From NCBI GenBank assembly GCA_000708835.1, contig DF237204.1, forward strand, positions 1-64,000: a stretch of 64,000 nucleotides of DNA, in the 5' to 3' direction. The notes below the pieces were generated by a model. The model worked only from the letters and a program-made list of their open reading frames with translations, made no database searches and had not been told where the DNA came from. Positions 42,277 through 55,142 of the stretch are shown here, in pieces (position 1 is the first letter of the stretch; every line of letters begins with the position of its first letter). Made by a program: the position numbers and the translations under genes. The DNA is from Klebsormidium nitens (Eukaryota > Plantae > Klebsormidiophyceae).

Positions 42277-45200
42277 ATGGAACCGCCGGAGGGCGATCTC
42301 GCGAAGCCGTTCACGGTGGTGGAATTTGGGCCTTCCTTCTTCCGCCGACTTGACCTGGCAAACTCGTCCCAGTTTGCAGAGGTCCTTCTCAGGACTGCTC
42401 ACAAAGATCCGCAGCTCCACTTCAACTCAAGCCTCCTCTTCAGCCACGCAGCCAACGGATCCGCAGAATTCAACACCAGCACGCTCGCAGGTCCAGCTAC
42501 TGACAGCTTGATCAGTGACTTGGCGAAGGAGGTTGTTAGGGAGGCGAATGGGTCCAACCTTGTGATGGTTTTGGATTCAGAGCACCACCAAGTTTTGTTG
42601 GAGAAGGAGGAACCATCTGAACTGACGGTGGAAGTGGGGATTATGATCGCACTGGCGTTCTTCTTGATGGCGCTGTCGCAGGTAAGTTTCGAAAGAGCAC
42701 GCTATGTTCCTGAATTGGTTTTCAAGAAACTTTCTTGAGACAAGCACTGTCAAAGTCTCCAGCCTTTGGCTTTAGACAGAGCGATGTTGGCACTTCTGAA
42801 GATAAGAAAGTTCTGAGATTCATCAATGAGTGTAGTATGGCAGCCAGTTTCGACATCAAGCACAAAGCGAAAAGGTGGAAGTGACAGGAGGTGGTGGGGA
42901 TCAAAAGTATGTTTGGTCGAGCAAGAAGTCAGGATGTTGATCATCACGGCCTTCTCACGGAATTGTTGCTGCTGAGAAGCTAGTGGAGATTCGGATCAAG
43001 AGCCTGTGACTGGAAGCTTCTCCCAACAGCATACCCCATGCTGAGAGATGTGAATTGAGCTTTGGGTAGAGAAGGCCAATCTGCACAGCGTCAATTTTGA
43101 GACGATTCCAGGTTGTCTGGGGGATCCCCCCAAGAGGCGACCTTCGACTTGAAAGCTTTGGCATGCCCTCCTCGTGAATGACGCCCAGCATTCCCTCCTG
43201 CAAGGTTCCAAATCTGTACTATTCAAAGGGAGAAAGCTCTAAGACCAGATGTGGCCATTTTACGACCTTACGCCATGTGTCTGTTACGACCTACTCTTTC
43301 GAATTGTTTCTCCAGGTACTGCTAGTCCAGTGGCGCAAGAAGCACAAGCGATCTTACAATGCTGTGACCACTTTAGGCCTGTGGCTCTTCCCCGCCATCT
43401 TCAGCGTACATGTCCAGTACTGGAGGATGCTTGCTATCTGGTGAGCCCTGAGTTCGATCTCTCTACTCCATCAGGATCGCATTAAGAAGGTGGAAAAGTA
43501 GTTGAATCTCTGGTTTTAACAGATGAGGAAGGACCGTTCTTGGATCTGCTTTCACAAGCGTGATCAGGTTCAAAGCCCCTGGATTGAATTGTTGTGGTTT
43601 CAGCTTGCATCTCTGGTCTAGGGTGACTTAACAGCGAGTCTGTCGAATCGTGACCCCACCCGATGGACAATTTGCACCTCTTCTGCGACTTTCGACTTCT
43701 TCTTTGGAGATTTTTTCTGCCCGCTCCTCCTGGACATTTTCCCATACTTCAGACGAGCTTCAAGGCCCTTTGTTTTCATGCAACGAATTACCTTCGAGCA
43801 CCTCGATTCTGCTCTTTCCAGTAGTCTTCATCTCGCTACTCTACAAGACAAACCAGACAACCAGCAGAACCTTCCCTGAAGTCCAAGCTTTTCCTGGAAG
43901 ACCCGTATTCCAACCCCCCCCTTTGCAGGACCGCCTTCTCATTCGTGTCAGGCTACGTTGCATCCCGCTCCGCCCGCCGGCCGCTCTCCCGGAGCACTCC
44001 CCGCCTTGTTTACACATGGTTCCTGTCGGTGCACCGCACCTGCTTTCTCGTTGGCGTCGTCGGTTACGGCCTCCTGCTGTCCGACAGTTTCGCACAGCCG
44101 GACCCGGAGGCGCCCCGCCTGGGGCTGGGGCCCTTGGGGACCGTCTTGATGTTCTATGGTAAGCATCTATTTCTGTTTGGAGTGTTTACATCCGTTTATC
44201 GTTCATGTACTGTATCAAGAGCGTAGGCCTATTTCAGGTCTGCGAAGTTGGTTCCAGAGCCAACTTCCACTTGAGGCTCCGAGCTGCGGGACTGCCTACT
44301 CTTACATGGTGAGCTGCTGTTTCTGCTTAAAGCAGATCTCGCTTAAATGTTCTAGATGATTCAGGTATCTGCCCTCTCGTATCCCATTGTTGATCATCTG
44401 TCAGGGCCACTTTAGACTTCTGTCTTCAGCAACAGAGGAGAGCTCGGCTTTTCTTTCGGTCGAGGGTAAGGCCAGGATTAGTCTAACTTCAGTAGCGGGG
44501 CGAAGTCTGTCGAAGATTTTGAACCGAAGGTCGCCGTTGCTGCGTACATTAGCCGTTGATAAAGTGGCCTCTAGGGACTTGACACTGGGTGTACGCAGAA
44601 ACCCACTTCCAAAATTTCTCGATAAGCTGGATTGATCATTGTCCGACGTCACCCGCTACAGGCCTGTACTTCGGCGTGCTCGGTCGCGACCTTGCTGACG
44701 TGTGCACCGACTTCATGGCGTCGCGGGTGGGCTTCGGGGGCCGTCCCTCGCGCAACGGCCCCCAAGCGAGCAACGTGTGCGGGATCTGCGGGCAGCACCT
44801 GCGGGACGCAGAGGCGGCGGCGGAGCAGCTCGAGAACACTGTCGCGCTGCCGTGCAAGCACAGGTGCGAAAGTTCGAGCGTCCGAAATGTTTGGTTTGGC
44901 GTTGTCGACCTTAATAAACTCGGAGAAAACGGCGCTGCCCTGCAAGGACTCGTGCGGATAATTGATTGTAAGCACAATCTGATCTGCGATTTTCGGTTCA
45001 GATTATAACCTATGAGCCTCGAGGGACGGAGCTGCCGTGCTAGCAAAGGTGTGTAACTCGGAACGTCCGTTTAATTGGCCTGATTTTGGTGGACTGTAGT
45101 CCTTTCCTTTTGACCCGACAAAATGGCGCCGCCCTTCAAGCGCAAGTGAGGAGCTTGTATTGTCTCGACGGAATCGGTTGAAGATGAGCCCAATCTCAAT

Positions 45201-47436
45201 GACCATCATAAGAAGCGCCTGGTAAGCTGTGAATGCTGGACCCAAAAGCACATGCGAGAGGCCAGCGAGGGAGTGACATAGCGACCGTGTCCGCAAGCAG
45301 GTTCGGCTGCGTGGATGCACCAAACGGGCTCACTTGCTCCTCTAGCGAAATCAGGATGGGGCACAGCCTCGTTTTTCCAACAAATCCGATTGCCAGAGAG
45401 TTTTTGCGGTGGGTCAGAAAGGTCGCCGTGCTTTACAAGCAGCGGTGCGAAGTCTTGGGTCATTCGGAGGAACTTTGTAGAAGACCTTTTGTGAGTATTC
45501 CCGGAAGATGAGATTGACAGCACTTGCCCACCCTTCAAAACCCGAGAGCTTCGAAGCTATAGGATACAGTCAATTGTGACGACTGTGTCCTAGTGATGAA
45601 AAAGGTTGGCGTCCAGCCACCCTTGCGAAACGGTGCAACCCTCAAGGACGTCTTTTGTGGACAATCGAGCCTATGCTTTTAGGATTTCGCTTCTTCGTGC
45701 ATCAGACTACAGGGGCTGGCCCTCGGTGGCTTTTTCTGCCCGTTGCTACTCGTCGCTAGCCATTGAAGAAGTCAGCCCCGCCGTCTTGGACTTGATTGAA
45801 GCCCTTCTTTCAGACCTGAGTCTTTCAGAGATCAAGTGATACGTCTTGGTCTCCGGGCCCCTTTTGATCCAAGCACGCACCGCTGACTTAATCCTTCTCA
45901 CGGCGAATTCTCACTGGCTGTGGACCTCGCGTCGCAGGTATCACGAGTTTTGCATACGAGGATGGGTGATGGTGGGCAAGAAGGACACGTGTCCCTTCTG
46001 CTTGGAAAAGGTGAGGCGTTGTCCAACACCAGTAGTTTCATCCACTTTTTTCCGCGGAGCAGTTTCCAAAGAGTTTGCCCTCGTCCGGAGAGCGGTTGTT
46101 GATATGGCATGAGAAGACGTTTGCACTTGTGCCCTCGGATCGTCTCAAGTGGTGCTAATCCGCTTTGTTGTCCGTCTGTGTCGCTTCACTAAAACCTGAG
46201 GCTTTGTAAAGCTTGGATTTCAGTCATCACAAAGATCGCTCCTGCTCCATGCACTATCTGATATCTTGCCATTACACACCCGGGTGGGTTATCAAAACGA
46301 GAACGCGTCATTTTTGCTGACTGAAGGGTCTTAGCATCATAGTACAAGATCATCAGGCGGGACATTCTCAGTATATTCAGTAAGGAGATTAACGCCGAAG
46401 TCCAACGTGTGCGTTTGGCAGGCGGTATTCCCGACGCGTCGTTTGGAGGTTCAGAGACAGAAGGTGCAACTTTCGATCGACCCTCGCACACTCGGTGGAC
46501 GTGCCTCTTGGGTCCAAATTTTGTAGAGAGACGGTAAAGGACTTTCCATCGGTTCCACTAACCATGTTTAGACATGCAACAATGTGTGTCTCTTCGCTCC
46601 TTCCAGGTGGACCTTCGGAAGCTGTTTGTGAGCCCGTGGCAAACGCAGTCCGTTCTGTGGTCGCGGCTGCTCGACGCGGTCCGGTACCTAGTGGTCTGGA
46701 ACCCGCTAATAGTCATCGTCTGCCAAGTGAGCCCTTCCGCCTCAATCCCGTACCTGGGGCTCGAGTCTCCGTTTTTCATCAATCATTGTCGAGCACGCGC
46801 GTTTGGTCTGTCAACGACTCATCCGACTATTCTTGAAGCCTTGGTCATCAGTTCATTGATACCGGCGTTGTTGTTGACTCGCAGTCCTTCATTGCAAAGT
46901 CTTCTGTGGATGGTTTGATAGGCAAATCTGTGACGCATTTCGCTTTTTACTCGAAATTGGTCGGAGTTCGGTCTCAGTGATTAAGTTGATAAAACGCGAC
47001 TTTTGAGCATGCTGAGTTTCATGGACACGAATCCTTGTTTTTGCGTTCAGTCTGCAACGCTCATAGTAGTTAAAAACTGCAGACGCTGGATCTGCGCTTT
47101 GAGCTGCTTTCCTGCTTTGCAAACCTGTCAGCCGAAGGTGTACTGAACGGTTTGGACTTGCAATCGCGATAGAATACAAAAGGGACCGGCTTCTGGGCCC
47201 CTATAGTCTCTGCAATCTGTCGAACGTCTGCTGGAGCTGGGCAGCGTCCTCTGTTGCTACGGAGTGCCGCGCAGTTTCTTTGCAAACGCTGTGCAAATCC
47301 CTCTAGTTTTGAATCATACACGCTTTAGATCAGAACGGTCTTCCCGTCGGGTTTTGGTGCTCACTTGCGTTTTCCGGTTATGCAGGGTCTCTTCTACGTT
47401 CTTAAGATGGGGAGAAAAAGCGACCCGCCAGGCTGA
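42277..47436 (+). CDS. RNF121/RNF175-like transmembrane RING-H2 E3 ligase; exons 42277-42681, 43316-43440, 43929-44158, 44662-44863, 45938-46010, 46607-46726, 47386-47436
   Basis: VLLVQWRKKHKRSYNAVTTLGLWLFP, TPRLVYTWF, YGLYFGVLGRDLADVCTDFMAS, RING CGICG...[33 protein letters not shown], and PWQTQSVLWSRLLDAVRYLVVWNP are all RNF121 hallmarks. The N-terminus is uncertain. Confidence 0.92.
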
Positions 47437-48931
47437 GCCACCAGGTTCGTTCTTAGGTCGTCCAGGGTAGGCGCCGACTCGAAGCGAGTGTGAAGCCAGC
47501 GTCGTGGTTCGACCGCGGAAAAGCGGTCACGTCGCCTGCAAAGGTGTGGCACCATACAATCGCATTTTACTACGAGAAGGAGCACTTTTCGAGAAGAAAC
47601 GGCAATCACTTCTCACCTCAAGATCCGATGCCCAAGTTCTGGTCTTATGCTTGATTTGCATAGTGCATGTGTGGATACTCCTGGCAATTCCACGCGGATA
47701 AGTTGGGAGCCATGACGGCTTTTGTCGTTGCTGGGCACGTGCTTCGATCGTTGTTTGACGGTTGTCCGACGGTCATAGTGTCGTTTCCAGCAAGGGCTGA
47801 CGATCGCTGCACGCACATTAATAGTCGTCATGTAGGGCGTCCGACGGAAACCGTCTTGTATATATAAACATAAGAAGCTGCCATTGCCCAAAGCCGATTC
47901 ACAGTGACGCCGGCCAGCGGGCCGTTCATGCAAACCTGCAATTGGTGACGGTCCGGCTCGACGGTAATCTGCTCGCCAGTCTCATGCATTACTGGCATAT
48001 GAACGTGGCTTTTGACAATCCAAAATAGTCACTCTGGTGAATGCTTCGCAACCAAGCTGTACTGCGGTTGTCGGACACGCTCCGGATGGTGGTCCATCCG
48101 CGCTGGTCCAACCGGCCCTGCATGTGCATGCTTAAGTTACGAATTGCCCGCTGTGAAGACCATACGGCACCGTCATGCTGTGATCATGGCAGGTTAGATT
48201 CGCCTTTTTACAGGATTGCCGGCGGACTACAGAACATGGCATGTTCAAACTTACTGATAGTATATGCACGGGGCTGCCCCTGCTGACCGGTCATTGCGAC
48301 CTAGGTCCAAATTCGATGACGGTCAGCTACCGTCCTGGGTTGCGCAGGTTGGACTCTCGTTGCACTAAGTGATTGGTGACAGTGAACGTACCTTGCATGA
48401 CTTGCCCGACCATGCCTATGCGCGTTTACGGTTTTCCATTTTGGTCTTCAGCCGTTGGAGCTTCTACTAAACTTTTACAAGCAACGGATGCCAGCAAGAT
48501 CTCTATGCTTGAGATGATGGCGGCAGCGGCGATCAGACGCCTGTATTTCGACCGGACTGGCTAGGCGTCCCCCTGAGGCTGCGGCGGCCGCGCGCGCGGA
48601 CACAACCGAGCGGCCGCGGGTTTTGAGCTCTAAATCTGAGTGAAACCCGCACACCGGGCCGAGGGCGGCCACGTCTTGCGAATCACACCGGCCGGGCACG
48701 CCGGGTCCGCAAACCTCGACAGCACCGTCATCAAAACGTGATGTCAGCGTTAGGACTAGGACTCAAGGATCCAAGGATCTTGGCTCAGACATTAAAACAG
48801 CGCTACAAAAAAACTAGCCTGAAGCCACCTGCGTGTGCGACCCGCAAAGCAGCTAAACAAGCACGCAAAGAGGAAGCAACAAAAGCATAAAGGACCTCGC
48901 GCTCAGGCCTCGAAGAACACGATTCGCAACA

Positions 48932-49349
48932 ATGGAGAGAACATCCCTTCCCAACTTTGAGGATTTCGAGTATCCGGCGGCCGTTTACCAGAACAAGTCT
49001 CCAGAGGGCGACATCCTCTTCTCCGTAGTCGCACCACAAGTTGCAGTTGTTGGAGAGGGGCCCACTGAAGAAGCTGCAATGAAGATGCTACCAAGAAGCT
49101 GGAGTCTGCTTGCTTTCACATGCTCTGTTGTAACCAGGGTTTCCCAAGCCGTACGACGAGGAGAATTTGGTGAAGGAGTTGGAGGAACGGGAGAGTGCTG
49201 ACGGCTTGCCGAACGGTGTTAAGGCCATTGAAAGCAAGAGAGTTCGGTTGGAGAAGCTGAAGACGGCTATGACTCAGGCGGAGGTAGCCAGGAGGTGGGA
49301 GGAGGCGTTGAGTGACGCCAAGAGGAACAACGCGGTCCCTCTCTTCTGA
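48932..49349 (+). CDS. Small HicB-antitoxin-like protein; either spliced via a 34-nt GT-AG intron (49104-49137) or a frameshifted pseudogene
   Basis: EYPAAVYQNKSPEGDILFSVVAPQVAVVGEGPTEEAAMKM resembles the HicB N-terminal pattern YPxxxxxxxxGxxxVxxPxxxxxxxGxTxEEA. A second frame continues ...FPKPYDEENLVKELEERE...LEKLKTAMTQAEVARRWEEALSDAKRNNAVPLF*. Confidence 0.5.
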
Positions 49350-51111
49350 ATTGGTGAGCCCGTCAATTTCAAGCGAGTCTCGTCTTCTAAAGGCTTTCTT
49401 CGGCATGCTTTGCTGCACGAAACCTGTGCTGCTTTGACAGACCAGGCAGACGGTTTTGGATTACTGCCAACGCTGCCGGCCTGACTTGACTGGCCTTCAC
49501 TCTTACTAGTCGTGTAGAGGAGTGGTTTGTTCACCAGTCCACCTCTAAAGTGAAACATTTGACGAACGTACCGACATACGTGGTCAACTGTACGCCTCAT
49601 CCACCCTCCACGCCGGAAACTTCTGACACCTCAAGAAACACGACACAAACTTTCACAGGAAGAAAAGGGAACCATAGTCTCATAGAATCTCAACCAACGA
49701 CGTCTTAGATGGAATGACCCCGACCTTGTTCAGGCTGGGGCATGATTCTGTAGTTTCGGTCAGACTTCTTGGAATTTGATGTTACATACTTTCAGAAAGA
49801 TATGCAGCCAGTCAAAAGTTCGTAGTGATAGCACATAGATTTTCAATTCCCTCAAATTCAAAGTCCATTGAAACGTACACTTGTAGTGAATCGATTGCCA
49901 TGAGCTCTAGCTGTTCAACGCCATGAACAAACACAGGTGAAGGATAGGATTCAGACCTTGCATTTTAGAGGCTCTGACGACATTCGGAGGTCGCATCTTT
50001 AAGTTGAGGTAGTTTTCAAGCGGTTTACTGCCCGCTTTCCACTCCTTTTACGGAGTACGATGGCTGAATCCACAAGAAAACGAATCGAAGCCCGCGGATC
50101 AGCATGCTGCAGTATGAGGTACTTGTATCCACCTACCATTGGAAAGTTCATGGAAAACGCTTTCTCCTCCCCTCAACTGCAGGTGCCACCAAACCCATGT
50201 ACCTCTTGGGTTAGAACTTGCCAATGCACTTTAGGGAGACCGTCTAGTCATATCAAATCCCCGTGACTGATCTCGTTGGAGCATAAGCAAAGATCGAAAG
50301 TGGCACTCGTCTGCAATTACATCTGCTGGCGCAGCGGAAGCGAGCAGACCTAGAGTTTCTTAGCGCTCGCGATTTGAAGTGAGGGGTCAAACCTGGTATT
50401 TTGCGGTCACTCGAACCCGACCGCCGAAAAAACACTCGATTGCATGACATGCAGGGCAGTTTCATCGGATCAATGACCGTCCTAAAGAAGATGCGAGACA
50501 TAATGATCGCATAAAGAGAGAGTCCTACTCATGCAGCAAGTTTGATATGACGGCATGGTCACCGCGGGTGTTGTTCCCCAACAAGATTGACTCGATCATC
50601 TGCGCTCTGTTTGCCATGTGCATGGTAGTGTCTTCTGCCCTCTTTAGATGCAGATTCGATCATGATGCACGTCCAGTTCCATGCCGCGATCGATGATATG
50701 ACGGATATAGATCTATGGAGCACAACGTACCTAGATCATGTGCAACGCCAAAAGTACAGGCTTCATCCTCAATTTTCTAAGCACGAGACAGGCTGCTGGC
50801 GGGACGGTGGTCAGGCTGGCAGTAATGCCCTTGGCGAGACTTAGCAGAATGCAGCGCTACATAGCCGAGTCTTCTTCCCTTGTACTAGAGCGCGGGTCGA
50901 AATAGGTACATTGTCGAGCTAGCAGCAACCAACCCGGCCAGGCTGCGGAGCCGCATGTGTGAAGGCCGGCCATTCAATCAAAACCGCCGTACCAAATGTG
51001 CCTTCGATCTTGGTGGACGCTTGGTCCTAAACGGTGTACTTTGGGACGCGACGTCGAAAATACCGGGGAGGTCACTGTACGTTTGGATTCGAAGTCCCCA
51101 CACGGATCTCC

Positions 51112-54100
51112 TCAGATGTATCTTCCTTTGATCCTCAAAGCCCTCCCTGTGAGTTTCGGTGCAAGGGCCGCTTGCGCCTGCAACTTGCGCAGCCGTATGT
51201 CGCGAGCGTGTGCGAGAGAGCGAGGCCCAACGGGGACACCCTGCGCGGAAAGTAAACGTCCAACTCAAGTAAGTCTTAGACTTGAAAAGAGAAAGTTAGA
51301 TCATCGACTTGAAAGAGGAGCAAGGCTCGAAGGAAACCATCGCTCCACGGACTATTGTCTTTTACGGTGGCATGGCAGCTGAACAACTGAACAACTTCAG
51401 CTGCATGGCATATCGAACCGAGGTCAATTTGAGAAGAGCGATCTTCAGCGGCCCACCTGCTTGAGAATCGACTTGGAGGGTGTCGCCGACATGTGCTTGG
51501 GGCTGTACCGGGGGCTCCGCTCCTTGGGCTTCTTCCCGGCGACCCCGTTCTCCTTGTCTTCTTCCTCGACCGCGTCCCACCACTTCACGTGGCGCCCTTC
51601 TTCTAGAGCAGCCTCCCCAATCACCTGCCCATTGACGGGCGTCGATTCATTCCGCGCCGCAGCCCGAGTTTCCGCTGCGAAATTAAGCCCCGGTCTTGAA
51701 TGCGCGGTGCTTGCTTTCTGGGAGGGAACGTCACGCGTGACCGGAGGAAGCGGCCGGCTTCCCACCCCTGCGCGGTAGAAACTAGAAAGGAGGCCTCGCT
51801 CGGCCACGGACCGTGAACCGTCCGCGCGCTTGATTCTGCTTTTAGACTCCTTCGACAAGCCCACGTTTCCGGGCACGTTCTCTGAGTCGACCCGAAAGGG
51901 CGTCGGAGGCGCTGCCCAGGCCTCCGGCTTCGATAGCAGAACCGGTTCGTCGCTCTCGTTGTGGGAACGGTCCACCAGGACCCGGTTTCTACTTTGGCTG
52001 CTCTGAGGGGGCGCTCTCGGGGGGCTGAAAACGAGTGGCGCCGGCGGAGCGAGCGCCGGGGGGGTGGTCGAGTAGCTGGCCGTGAGGGGGGGCAGATGGA
52101 CGGCCGCGATCGATCGGACGGGCGATCGCACGGCCGTTCGCCGTCGTCGAGAAGGGCTGCTGGTGGGAGAATTGGGAGGCCGAGTAGCCCGTTCCTCTGC
52201 AGGGGGCGTTTTCGAGAGCCGGGGACTGCAGCTCGGTGAGTTGGCGGTGGGCGTGTGCTCGAAGAGGACCTCGTCAGAGGCATCGTGCCACGTGTCTGGC
52301 TCTGCTGCCGCTGCTGCAGATGGACACAAACAGTTAGTGGCACAGTGCTGTGCGTCGTCAAGGTTCGAAAAAACGGGTGATTACATGTCAGCAGTGCCTG
52401 CAATGTTTGCTATGAGCGACTGTTTACTTGCCGCTGACATCCAAGGGGATAGGAGAATGGTGCAATCAATCGTTGAATCTGATATTCCGGGCGTGTTCGC
52501 ACTTTCGGAGCTCAGAGTTCCTTTCACGACAATGGACCGAGGGCTTTGCAATAGACGTGGTCAGCTTGGAAAGTTGCAGTGCCCGGTGCATAAGCTAAAC
52601 GAAGGGCACACAGGGTGCCAGCCAACGTAGTCTTCAATGAACACAGTAATGCAGGGACCCAAGCTTAAGAACAACCGGAATAAGCACCGACATAAGCACC
52701 TCAAAACCACCGTCCTTTTAGACAAAGAGTCTGCGAGGCCTTGAGGATTTCCCACTCAATTTCCCAGCTGCAATTGTTAAAACAAACGTTTTCACTTACT
52801 CAGAATCTGTTCGAAATTGAAGATCAGCAAAAAGCTCACCGTGGTCTGTCCGACCGCTCGCACTCGCATTCCGCCCCCCATTTCCCGTTTCTTCGTCCGA
52901 CCCCGACCCCCAGAAAGCCCCCTCATCCTCCCCTCCGCCCACACTAGTTGCTTCCTCAAATTCTCGCCCCTTCTTGGCGGCTCCAACGGGACTGAACAAC
53001 CCCTGCAAGAAGCCCAGGATCCCCAGAGGAGCGCCCTGCCCAGGCGCCTGTCCCCTGCCGACACGTGTCCCTTGGTTCTTTCTCCCGCCGCTAGTTGCGT
53101 CTTCGTCCCAGCTCGCGAAGTCGTACACACGTGGGCCTGCTTTTCCAGACGGGTCTTTCCTCCCGTGTGGCTCTCCCTCACTTTCTTGGGGGCCGGCAGG
53201 CCCTCCGTTTCGACCCCCCAGAACAGAAGCAGCCGTCTCGAAGAGCCTCCGCTGGGCAGGAAGCTCCCTGTCCGAAACCCCAGTGTCCGAAGAACCCTGG
53301 TCCGGCGCCTCCCCTTCGGACACCCCCGGGTCGGGAACGGCCCTGTTCGCACCGCCCATGTCCAGCGATCTGGCCGCCGGCACACCCCCATCTGCGGTGC
53401 CTAGGTAAAACACACCCGGGACCAGCCCCGCCCGCTTGGATGCCCCATCTCCAACGGCTTCGCCGCTCGGGACTTCTGCACCGTTTGCCCCGCTGTGCAA
53501 CCGCTCATGCATGATTTTACCCAACTCGCTTCCCCTGATGCTTTCTTCTTCCGGTCTGAGCTTCAGATCTCTTGCGTCTAGCTTGCTGTGCAAGCTGAGG
53601 GAGCCGACTGCTGGCTCAAGACTAGCACTTGTTCCGTGTTGGGGTAGGGTGTTTCGAGAGAGGGGGCTGGGGGGCAGTTTGGCATGGTGAAGCGCTCGGT
53701 AGGGAGAACGTTTCTGACGCAGGGTGGCGGGGGAGATGAGGCGGCGGGCGGAGGGGGACTCCCACAGGATGGACTGCAGCTTGCAGATGGACCTAAGCAA
53801 CAAAGCATCGGCTCTTTCAAAGAAAGTTTTCTCGAAGTGACCGCCTGCATCAAGGTATCTGCCTTGATTGCAAAAGTACGGTCGAATTCCGTTGATCATC
53901 ACCCGTCCGCTATCGTCAGAAACGCAATGGGGATGAGCACATGCAATATGAAATACAATCCGACAGTTGTTAGTCAACATTGTATCTACAATGGGATGTC
54001 AGCTGCTAGGCAGAAGCTTTCTGCAACAAGCTTCTTTAGAGTCCCCACGCACAATGGCACCTGGCAGTAACAATGGGCAACGTCAGAGTTCTTACCTGTA

Positions 54101-55142
54101 CGTCTTTGACAGCTCTGCCCGCATCTGCTGCACCTCCCCCCTCCACGCGTCCATCTCCTTGGCCGCCTTTGCCACCAGCTTGGACGGAGGGGGGGGGGTG
54201 CCTCCAGGGAACGGCGACAACCCAAAAACTGAACTACTTTGACCTTGAAGACCTACGCGGGGGCTGCCAGAGTCCGCCGGAGCGGGAAGACGGCTTTCAC
54301 TTGGAGGCGCAGCGTCTTCGACTGAGGTCGTGTAACGTGTGGGTGACTCAAACACGTCTGAAGGAGGCGCTGCGTGCGGTGCTGTTGCTGAGGCGGGGTC
54401 CTCAGCAGCACCCCGGGGATTTAACGAGCAGCGGTCCGTGGAGCTGCTCTCCGGTCTGTGACGTATTGTAATCGCTGGGGAAGCCTGTGCAACTGCAGAA
54501 TCGCCTCTCTCTAAAGCAACTTCTTCTTCGTACCCCTCAGCTGATGGCAGTTCGGGCCTGACTACGTCGACGGTATCGGTTTCAGCAGTTTCCTGGGGCT
54601 GTGTTTGAGTTTGCAAGAGAGAAGGTGGGGTGCGGGAACTCCTACGGGGCCGGTAGGGGGTCAGCTGGTGAGCGGCAGAGGCCCGAGAGAAGCGGCTATC
54701 GGAAGTGGGGGTGGGGGGAGAATCTGCAAATGAGCAGGAGGATGTTTTTTCGGAGGTAAAAGCCGGGTGAGAAAAAAGGTGATAGCCGCTATTGCAGGGT
54801 GACCGACAAATGTCGAAGTGATTTCCAAGTACATGCAGAAGAAGCGCGGGCATCTCCGGTGGCTGGAGCATCGCATCCTTGGAGTTGACGTTTGAGCAAC
54901 GAGCCAAGGGCCAAAGTAAAAAGTTCTAAGCTTCCCTCCTTTGAGGCGTTTAGTGAGCGCATGAGAAGAAGAGACATACCTGCAAGTCTGGGAGAGTCCA
55001 CCACTTCTTCCGCTTGACAGGTTTCTAGCTGAGGCCCCGCCACTGTCTGGAGTCTTCGGCAGATTTGCGCAGCGTCTAGGTGCCGGCTGTCGGTCATTTT
55101 GCCAGGTCGCTTGAACAGGACTCTTCTTGTCTGGGACTGCAT
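51112..55142 (-). CDS. Large S/P/G/E-rich intrinsically disordered protein of unknown function; exons include ~55142-54980, ~54726-54095, ~53770-52840, ~52320-51457, 51240-51112; may extend upstream
   Basis: Long open frames with GT-AG boundaries. Contains a coiled segment (KLVAKAAKEMDAWRGEVQQMRAELSK). The C-terminal region has RHVKW, KEN and SILK motifs, and a last exon GVPVGPRSLAHARDIRLRKLQAQAALAPKLTGRALRIKGRYI*. No recognised family. Confidence 0.7.

Noticed and set aside
47490-47530. GGTTCGA T-loop-like motif (also at ~12470 and ~20783)
   Set aside because: No cloverleaf or A-box context; not tRNA.
49350-50500. HicA toxin partner for the HicB-like gene
   Set aside because: No GSH motif or HicA-like pattern found in the frames I could read by eye.
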